From sequence record NC_093712.1: a stretch of DNA of 41,039 bases; one strand, given 5' to 3'. Source of the DNA: a phage. Made by a program: the position numbers and the translations under genes. Below, in pieces: positions 34,118 through 41,039 of this stretch. Within the stretch, counting starts at the first letter, position 1, and each line of letters opens with the position of its first letter. Below the pieces are notes generated by a model that saw only the letters and a list, made by a program, of their open reading frames with translations, searched no databases and had not been told where the DNA came from.

Positions 34118-35542
34118 ATGTCTAAATTTATCCGTCGAGAGTACCAGAAGCTCATGACTTCGTTCATGTTGCAACACCCTCGCTGTAATATCTGGTGCGG
34201 CATGGGAGGGGGTAAAACCTCCTCTACTATGTGGGTGCTCAATCGACTGTTCCGTAATGGGCAACTTAATGACGACGACCGAGTGTTAATTCTGGCCCCT
34301 TTACGTGTTGCGTCCGGTACGTGGCCCGCAGAACAAGAGAAATGGAACTTCCCTTGTCTGCGTGTCGTCGATGCGACCGGTTCAGAGAAGCGCCGCATCG
34401 CGGCGCTGGAGTCAGATGCTAACGTGGTGTGTACCAACTACGAAGTTATCGAGTGGCTGATTGACTACTACGGCAAAGACGACTGGCCTTTTACGGTTAT
34501 CGTTGCAGATGAGAGTACGAAACTGAAGTCATTCCGTAGCCGTTCTGGTGGTAGCAAGCGGGCAAAGGCGCTCAGCAAAGTGGCGTTCGGTAAAGTTAAG
34601 CGTTTCATCAATCTGACGGGCACACCGTCGCCTAACGGCCTCAAAGACCTGTGGGGCCAGAACTGGTTTATCGACGCTGGCGAGCGCCTCGGTTCATCGT
34701 ACACTGCGTTCACCGACCGCTGGTTCAACTCTGTGCAAAAAGGTAAGTCGGTGATGGCGCGGGAGTATCATGCGCGTCCTGGTGCAGATAATGAGATCCA
34801 CCAGAAGATGAAGGACATTAGTCTCACGATTGACGCCGCTGAGTGGTTCGGTTGTGAAGCGCCTATTATAGTGCCGGTTGAAATCGACCTGCCGAAGAAG
34901 GCGCGTCAGGCGTACATCGATATGGAGGAGAAGTTATTCGCGGAACTGGAGAGCGGAGAAGTTGAAGCGGCTAACGCGGCGGCGAAGACGTCAAAGTGTT
35001 TGCAGATTGCCTCCGGTGCCGTATATGTGTCGGGGCCAGACGGTGAGGCAACCAAAGACTGGGAGAAAGTACACGATACGAAACTGGACGCGCTTGAGTC
35101 GATTGTTGAGGAGCTACAGGGCGCACCGTTACTTGTGGCTTATCAGTTCAAGCACGAACTGGAGCGCATCCTTAAGCGATTTCCGCAGGCTCAGGCGTTT
35201 GCCAAAGGAGCTAAGGGCAATAAACAGATGGAAGCGTGGAATAGAGGCGAAATAGAGATTTTGTGCGTGCATCCTGCGTCAGCAGGCCATGGTTTGAATT
35301 TACAGGACGGCGGACATCATCTGGCGTTTATTTCGCAAGGGTGGAACCTTGAGCACTATTTGCAGGTTGTTGAGCGTATAGGGCCTGTACGCCAGAAGCA
35401 GGCAGGCCACGAGCGCCCGGTGTTCCTCTATCACATCGTTGCTAAAGACACGCTGGACGAGGTTGTTGCCTCGCGCACTGACGAGAAGAAATCGGTACAG
35501 GAAGAGTTGCTTAACTACATGAAGAGACGAGGTAAGAAATGA
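34118..35542 (+). CDS. SNF2/DEAD-like superfamily 2 helicase
   Basis: Walker A GMGGGKTS, DEAD-like VIVADEST, C-terminal helicase-type motifs; ATG at 34118. Confidence 0.75.
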   Translation: MSKFIRREYQKLMTSFMLQHPRCNIWCGMGGGKTSSTMWVLNRLFRNGQLNDDDRVLILAPLRVASGTWPAEQEKWNFPCLRVVDATGSEKRRIAALESDANVVCTNYEVIEWLIDYYGKDDWPFTVIVADESTKLKSFRSRSGGSKRAKALSKVAFGKVKRFINLTGTPSPNGLKDLWGQNWFIDAGERLGSSYTAFTDRWFNSVQKGKSVMAREYHARPGADNEIHQKMKDISLTIDAAEWFGCEAPIIVPVEIDLPKKARQAYIDMEEKLFAELESGEVEAANAAAKTSKCLQIASGAVYVSGPDGEATKDWEKVHDTKLDALESIVEELQGAPLLVAYQFKHELERILKRFPQAQAFAKGAKGNKQMEAWNRGEIEILCVHPASAGHGLNLQDGGHHLAFISQGWNLEHYLQVVERIGPVRQKQAGHERPVFLYHIVAKDTLDEVVASRTDEKKSVQEELLNYMKRRGKK

Positions 35543-35676
35543 ACATCCTAGCCCCGATTCCGGCATTGCAAAAACGTATCAAGGAACTCGAAGAGGAGGT
35601 TCTACGACTACGACAACAGAGGGATGCCGCTAATGCACAACTGGCGTTTGTACTGGAGAAGCTATCAGAAGAGTAG
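35539..35676 (+). CDS. hypothetical small coiled-coil protein (45 aa)
   Basis: Manually found; ATGA-coupled to helicase stop. Confidence 0.35.
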   Translation: MNILAPIPALQKRIKELEEEVLRLRQQRDAANAQLAFVLEKLSEE

Positions 35677-35680
35677 AGAA

Positions 35681-35710
35681 AAGGCCCCGTTTGGGGCCTT
35701 AGTTTTATTT
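35681..35710. terminator. bidirectional rho-independent terminator between convergent replication operon and tailspike gene
   Basis: AAGGCCCC-GTTT-GGGGCCTT with T-runs on both strands. Confidence 0.75.
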
Positions 35711-38659
35711 ATCTTCTAGTGCTGCCAGCCTCTTCTCGAACTCGCGCATCTTCTTACGCTGATAGGCAATCTCTATGAAGAACATCTGGTCCGCCCTAAC
35801 CCCCCATCTGCCGCCGGGAGGGGATACTTGTACAGTCTGGCCATCTTCATCAATATCATACGCAGCTTCAATTGAGTCGTAGCACAAGAAAGCATATTTA
35901 CACTCGGTAGAATCTTTCTCCATAAGCCCATGGTTGACCAAGATGTCTCGCACATCTTGGGCTATCACACCGAAGTGTATCCTTGCAGTGTCACCCTTGA
36001 TTGCTAGGCTTTCAAGCCACTTAAAAGATATTACATGTATATCCTCCCATGCGGTAAGGAGTTGTCCCTCAATTTCCTCTTTGTTCGTCTTAAGTGTACC
36101 ATCAGACGTGTTTATCGTACCGGTGGCCGCGTACACCGTAGTCCACCTATTACCTGCCGAACCTAAAGACACTTTCGAGTCTAAGTAAGGAAGAAAATTG
36201 TTGTATGAGTAGAAGCCTCCTGACGCATACATAATAGCCCTGTTAGGCTTTGCATGGTTTGCCCCGTACAGTTGCAGCAACGCACCATCGGAACTGGATG
36301 CACCATCACCACCGCTAACTATCAGTCTTTGACCCGATGGGGTTTTAGTGGGGACTGTTTTTGAAATCAGCCCGTAATCACCATCAAACCGTGCGCGCAC
36401 GGCAGACTGTTGTGTACCATCGTATTCCAGCCCCGTTACATGCAGGGAGTACACGCTTACATCATTGTCAAACGTTAAAGGTGCTTCTACATGGCGTACA
36501 CCATCTACCCCCATGGCGACAGGTATTGTACGGTTAGGAGTTGCTCCGTATTTGAAATCACGTGATACGTACGGGTGGTCTTCAATCTTTATCCGGTAGC
36601 TATATAAGTCAGCCGGATGCCCATCATGTTTGTACCATAACCTCGCACTGTTATCCCCTATGCTCCAGGGAGAGAAGAAGTCTTCCCCACCAAAGATATA
36701 GTACAACCAGCCATCTTTAACACAGACCGAGCCGACGCCGACAGCAGTGTTAACGATATGACCCTGGTATATTTGGTCGGTAATATTAAACCACTGAACA
36801 TCATCTAAAGATGAAGGCCAGGACGACACATTAACTTTGCACATAAAGGTCCTCGGATACGAACCTTCATAGCGGCTGTCCTGCTCGCCACCTTCCCACT
36901 CACCAAAGGCACGTTCTGTACCAAAGATGTATAGATAGTCACCTACTTTAGCGAACGGAAGATTGGAGTGATGTACATTGTCCGGAAATCGCAAGTAGCT
37001 CCAGTTTTGCCCAGAATCGGTGCTCATCGCCAGTGTAGAGCCAGGGGAAGTAGGTAATGTGCCGCGTGTGGTAAGGTATAACACACCACCATAACTTTTC
37101 ACGCACGGCTCAGAAGCGTTGTCAGCGTATGCCTGAGCGACAGTGCGACGAACGAATACGCCAGGATTGTCATACACGTTACTAAAATACAAGACACCGA
37201 GACGCCTAGGGGACACATCGCCGTTGTGATAGCCGACAGCGATAGTGTAGTTAACATCATCTATAACCGCAAAACTATGTGTCTCCGTGACACACAAATC
37301 AGCGTTAGTGGAGTATGCTACCCCAGGCAATTCGGTAATTTCCCACGGGCTGTCCCAGAATCGCGTTGCGAAGTTCCAGGTAACACCCGCATTGTTTATG
37401 GTGGAACTCGCCGGGCTTGAGAGCGTAACAGTGAACGTATTTCGGTTAATTATAGACGAAACCGTCATATTACCCGATACGCCAGTTGCCGATGTATTAG
37501 AGAAGTTAACCGCATCTCCTGCTTTTAGGCCATGATTTTCTATGACAATGGTAGCAGTAGTGGAGCCAGAACTAATAGTTATTCCGCCGGTTGGGTGTCT
37601 AAAATACGGCATTGGGCGTGACCAAAGTTCTGCCTTCTTCATCCGCATATTAGATAAGTAGCGGGTTTCTATAACGGCATATAATCGGTTGCCGCACGTA
37701 CCCATGCTCATGCAGTGGTAGTTAACTCTGTCCGTAGAAACACTAGCATTATAGTCAGCATGGATTGGAGTCAACCATTCAGGCATTGACCAAGTCTGCC
37801 CGTCGTCTCCAGAGCGAACCCAAGCTACATGTAAGTTTTGAACACCATGTCGTTCGCCCGCCATAAACGGGGCGTAAATAACATGGTCGTAGACGAAAGT
37901 TTTATCCTGCGTCCATGCGTTGTAGAACGGGGTATCCGTCACCTTAGTTAGTGAGCCGTTAAAGAAGCCATCAGCTACATAAGTAAGCGGTTGCCCGGCT
38001 ACGCGCTCGTAAACGAATGCAGCATTCTTAAATTTACTAATGTCAGGTAATTGGGAAACTTTATAAGTCAAACCCCTGCCGTCTATAATCCAATTGTTGA
38101 GGGAAGCTGCTAATACATTAAAAATAGATTGAGTATCATCAGTTACGCCGTCGCCCACGGCGCCCCATGCGCGCGGGTCGTATTCGTCCTTCCATCGCGC
38201 CACATGTAAATCTGGGTACAGAATTGCACCGTTTACATCAGATATTTGCTGCCGCAGTATGACCGACCCGACAGGCTGCCACGCCCCATCTGCCACGCCA
38301 CCGGTGGACTGCGGAGAAGATGACGCTGGGATAATTTTTGGTAGAGCACCCAACCAATAGTACCAATCCCCGTCACCGCCAGAGGACGACGGCCACAAAA
38401 CTGCGGTGTTTCGGTCGTTAGCGGATAGTGTACCGCCTGACGTGAAATCAAAATCTGCCAGTTTAAAACCAGCATCACGCAACACGGCAGGTAACGTCTT
38501 CTGGGTCTGTCCAGTAACCTGATTTGTCGCGTAATCAATATCGGCACCACCGGCGACACCGCCGGATTTGCCAGTGATAACCTCGGCCTCGAAAATCTGA
38601 TGTTTCTTGGCGGTTTGTAAATCCGCCAGGCTTAAAACGTCACCGCATCCGCTTGACAT
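35705..38659 (-). CDS. tailspike: sialidase-fold depolymerase (endosialidase-like) with C-terminal intramolecular chaperone domain
   Basis: 984 aa; two Asp-boxes SGDDGQTW and STDSGQNW; C-terminal TINTSDGTLKTNKEEI...FKWLE resembles the self-cleaving chaperone domain of K1-phage endosialidases and T5 L-shaped fibre (recalled). Confidence 0.6.
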   Translation of the reverse strand: MSSGCGDVLSLADLQTAKKHQIFEAEVITGKSGGVAGGADIDYATNQVTGQTQKTLPAVLRDAGFKLADFDFTSGGTLSANDRNTAVLWPSSSGGDGDWYYWLGALPKIIPASSSPQSTGGVADGAWQPVGSVILRQQISDVNGAILYPDLHVARWKDEYDPRAWGAVGDGVTDDTQSIFNVLAASLNNWIIDGRGLTYKVSQLPDISKFKNAAFVYERVAGQPLTYVADGFFNGSLTKVTDTPFYNAWTQDKTFVYDHVIYAPFMAGERHGVQNLHVAWVRSGDDGQTWSMPEWLTPIHADYNASVSTDRVNYHCMSMGTCGNRLYAVIETRYLSNMRMKKAELWSRPMPYFRHPTGGITISSGSTTATIVIENHGLKAGDAVNFSNTSATGVSGNMTVSSIINRNTFTVTLSSPASSTINNAGVTWNFATRFWDSPWEITELPGVAYSTNADLCVTETHSFAVIDDVNYTIAVGYHNGDVSPRRLGVLYFSNVYDNPGVFVRRTVAQAYADNASEPCVKSYGGVLYLTTRGTLPTSPGSTLAMSTDSGQNWSYLRFPDNVHHSNLPFAKVGDYLYIFGTERAFGEWEGGEQDSRYEGSYPRTFMCKVNVSSWPSSLDDVQWFNITDQIYQGHIVNTAVGVGSVCVKDGWLYYIFGGEDFFSPWSIGDNSARLWYKHDGHPADLYSYRIKIEDHPYVSRDFKYGATPNRTIPVAMGVDGVRHVEAPLTFDNDVSVYSLHVTGLEYDGTQQSAVRARFDGDYGLISKTVPTKTPSGQRLIVSGGDGASSSDGALLQLYGANHAKPNRAIMYASGGFYSYNNFLPYLDSKVSLGSAGNRWTTVYAATGTINTSDGTLKTNKEEIEGQLLTAWEDIHVISFKWLESLAIKGDTARIHFGVIAQDVRDILVNHGLMEKDSTECKYAFLCYDSIEAAYDIDEDGQTVQVSPPGGRWGVRADQMFFIEIAYQRKKMREFEKRLAALEDK

Positions 38660-38671
38660 ATAGAGTCCTCT

Positions 38672-41038
38672 TTAATTAAAACCATTGCTGAATCCGTCGG
38701 AGAAACCGCTGCCGTATGGCGCGACGCCGTCGTATTTGTAGAATCCGTCGTCATAGTTGTAGCCCGTAATCTTGACCGTGCGGTCGTCGCCAGGGTCGAT
38801 TGATGAAACAACTATCTTCTGAGCATTATGCCTTGCTTCGTTGCCGAATGAAAACTCAGTTTTTAGTGCGCTATTCCCTGTGTAGATTGCTTCCTCTGGG
38901 GCAGAAAGCATAATCACTTCGCGGTCGTGGCTTCCTTTGATAACAGAGATACTCTGCACAGAGCCGTCGCGCTTCTTAAGAATGATGGAGTGGTCGTCCC
39001 CGGGAGTAAACGTAACAGGCTGTGACAGCGTCAGCGTAAGCCCGTTAACGGCAACAACATAACCATCTTGCGGGGCGATGCGGGAGCCTTTAACTACGCT
39101 GATTACACCGCCGGGTGTAGCGAGAGCGCCTTCTTCTGTAGCTTCGAACTCTACGACAACTTTACTTAACGCATTGCGCTGATAGCGACGCCGCGCCAGC
39201 CAGTACGCCTGCTGATAGTTACGCACGCCTTTCGATTCGTACTCCTCCGTGTTTGCGCCGAGTTCTTCCGGGATATAAATAGCTTCCTGTACGTTAGTAT
39301 CCGGGTCAATGTACGAGAACGACAGGCTATCGTAGGTCGTAGAATCATTAAACGTGCGGGTCCATTTCTCTGTACCAGTAGTTTTGCTGCGGTGAGTGAA
39401 CACCATCTCGGGCCCTGCAACCGGGCGGTCGAAGCGCAACATAATATCCGCGCCTTTACGGTACGCGGTACAGAACACGGCTTCGGCTATAGTCTGAACG
39501 ATGTCCTGCATCGTGGTGTCGTAATCGTCGAACGTGTAGCAGAACTGACCTGCTAATTCGCTGCCAAAATAGGACTCAATTTCTTCTTGCACGGCAAGCA
39601 ACTTATCCATGTTTGCCGTCGTCAGTTCCAGATTACCCACCACCGGGTCGCGAGCCAGTCTGATTAGCGACTGCACCGCTTGAGTGTTCGGTGTCATTAC
39701 GCTATCAAATACGCCGTTACCTAGATATTTGTAGCACATCTCGGTTGCAATCATGCGCAGTTCCGGGTTGTCTATACTGGCTGCACGCGGCGTCTGTTTA
39801 CGGGCGCAATGCACCGTTGTCCTATTGCCGTAGTGAGGGGTGGTGTCAAGTGATTGCCCGTACAGGTTGATGAATGTTATTTCGTCACTTACCGTTCCGC
39901 CGTAATCCTTATCGAAATTCGTTATACGGCGCATACGGGCGCGGAAGCGCGATGCTGTCGGTAACTGCCCGTAAATAGACGTACCGACGTAATCCGTGCT
40001 ATTACCAGTAATCGTAGCCCGTACCGTGTAAATGTCGCTCAACGGGTTACGCTGAGAGTCAATCATCTGGTACTGGAGTTCTACCGTTACGCTGGTGCGA
40101 TTATAGCCGCCGTCATATTTGTAGAGGCCGTTTTGCCCTGCAACGTTAGCAAGCACACGGTCAACTTCCCCGCGCACCATGTAATACCAGTCGGTCAGGG
40201 ATACGTCATAGGTGTTGTTCGGGCCGATAAACGTATCTGAACGCTCTGTTAGCGTGTACGTCTGCCCGCTAGTCAACGCGGCCCAGTTAGACGCCCCGTT
40301 TACGGCTAATCTTACTTCGAAGTCGTCAACGTATAAAACTTCAAACGAGCCGTTCAGGTTAGTGACATCAGCAACGTCAAAGTTGCTCAACACCGCGACA
40401 TCACCGACGCTAAGAAACTCAGAAAAAGCAGAGTCGCCGGACGGGTCATAAATGTAGCCGGTGTTTGAAATACGTTTGGCTGTGCCGTCGGCGCTTGGGT
40501 TAGCCCCGATGTCGTTTGGCGCTTTCAGTACAATACCGTCAACGTCGTCGTTGGAGTATGTCACATAGAGTTTCTGGTCAATGACGTCGCCGATTTGTAG
40601 TTGCGGCGATGCGGTGTTGTTCGGTGACGTGTACGGTGCATATACAGCAACAGAGGAACCGGTGATGTCGCTTATCAGGGTATCGCCTTCCGTGACGCCA
40701 TCAGACTCGATATGCAGATGCCCGCGCCCGGCATCATAGTACGAATACTCCAGCAAAGCACCCGTGGAGTTGAACGCCTTATACGTCTGCATCAGGTCGT
40801 TAGGGATTGTCTGCACAGTCCCGCAGATGTCATAAGAGCGCCCATAGGGGCGCGGCTTGTTGGAGCGGTCTGTGAGACTGTTATTAGGCGATGTTGTCCG
40901 GTTGTTAGTCGCTGTGTAGTTGGCGTTTGCGGACATGTTCAACCCAAACAACTTAGCGATTGGCTTAAGGATAAAACCAAACACCTTACTAACCGCACCG
41001 AGCGCCCCGCTACCCGCACCCTCAATAATGTGGTACAT
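38672..41038 (-). CDS. central tail fibre / host specificity protein, lambda gpJ-like (reading frame reaches window edge; N-terminus may lie outside)
   Basis: 788 aa in window; segment SRFRARMRRITNF resembles conserved FNIRMRRMT region of lambda J; directly upstream of tailspike. Confidence 0.6.
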   Translation of the reverse strand: MYHIIEGAGSGALGAVSKVFGFILKPIAKLFGLNMSANANYTATNNRTTSPNNSLTDRSNKPRPYGRSYDICGTVQTIPNDLMQTYKAFNSTGALLEYSYYDAGRGHLHIESDGVTEGDTLISDITGSSVAVYAPYTSPNNTASPQLQIGDVIDQKLYVTYSNDDVDGIVLKAPNDIGANPSADGTAKRISNTGYIYDPSGDSAFSEFLSVGDVAVLSNFDVADVTNLNGSFEVLYVDDFEVRLAVNGASNWAALTSGQTYTLTERSDTFIGPNNTYDVSLTDWYYMVRGEVDRVLANVAGQNGLYKYDGGYNRTSVTVELQYQMIDSQRNPLSDIYTVRATITGNSTDYVGTSIYGQLPTASRFRARMRRITNFDKDYGGTVSDEITFINLYGQSLDTTPHYGNRTTVHCARKQTPRAASIDNPELRMIATEMCYKYLGNGVFDSVMTPNTQAVQSLIRLARDPVVGNLELTTANMDKLLAVQEEIESYFGSELAGQFCYTFDDYDTTMQDIVQTIAEAVFCTAYRKGADIMLRFDRPVAGPEMVFTHRSKTTGTEKWTRTFNDSTTYDSLSFSYIDPDTNVQEAIYIPEELGANTEEYESKGVRNYQQAYWLARRRYQRNALSKVVVEFEATEEGALATPGGVISVVKGSRIAPQDGYVVAVNGLTLTLSQPVTFTPGDDHSIILKKRDGSVQSISVIKGSHDREVIMLSAPEEAIYTGNSALKTEFSFGNEARHNAQKIVVSSIDPGDDRTVKITGYNYDDGFYKYDGVAPYGSGFSDGFSNGFN

Positions 41039-41039
41039 A

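Noticed and set aside
1-41039. Integrase, excisionase-attachment site, tRNA, CRISPR array or IS element
   Set aside because: None recognised in any frame; the one AlpA/Xis-like HTH protein (24590..24772) has no adjacent recombinase, so no support for a prophage integration module in this window.

Overview
The window reads as a nearly complete genome of a tailed dsDNA siphovirus-type phage of an enterobacterial host, densely coded on both strands with no rRNA, tRNA, CRISPR or integrase recognised. All calls rest on reading the six-frame translations and the DNA by eye; no database search or folding was run. Layout: lambda-like distal tail genes and tape measure (minus, 1-4635); a plus-strand accessory island encoding a metallophosphoesterase, a T4 Pnkp-like HAD phosphatase and a T4 gp1-like dNMP kinase (4800-7361); virion morphogenesis and packaging genes (minus, 7390-18471); an early-left operon of small genes ending in holin and endolysin (minus, 18688-24125); an early-right replication module (plus, 24590-35676); and a sialidase-type tailspike plus J-like central fibre (minus, 35705-41038). 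The most interesting signals are: (1) a ~145-nt element present twice (13363-13522 and 24338-24482), each with a conserved promoter and hairpins, one of which differs in sequence but keeps pairing; (2) a 14-bp operator AATAG-N4-CTATT inside at least six early promoters, next to an autoregulated XRE repressor gene; (3) the opposite-strand end-healing/nucleotide-kinase island inside the tail cluster; (4) an endolysin gene broken by a 105-bp imperfect tandem duplication with a palindromic junction; (5) a 12-nt homopolymer at the start of an early gene. Genes truncated at both window edges show the window is a slightly incomplete genome.
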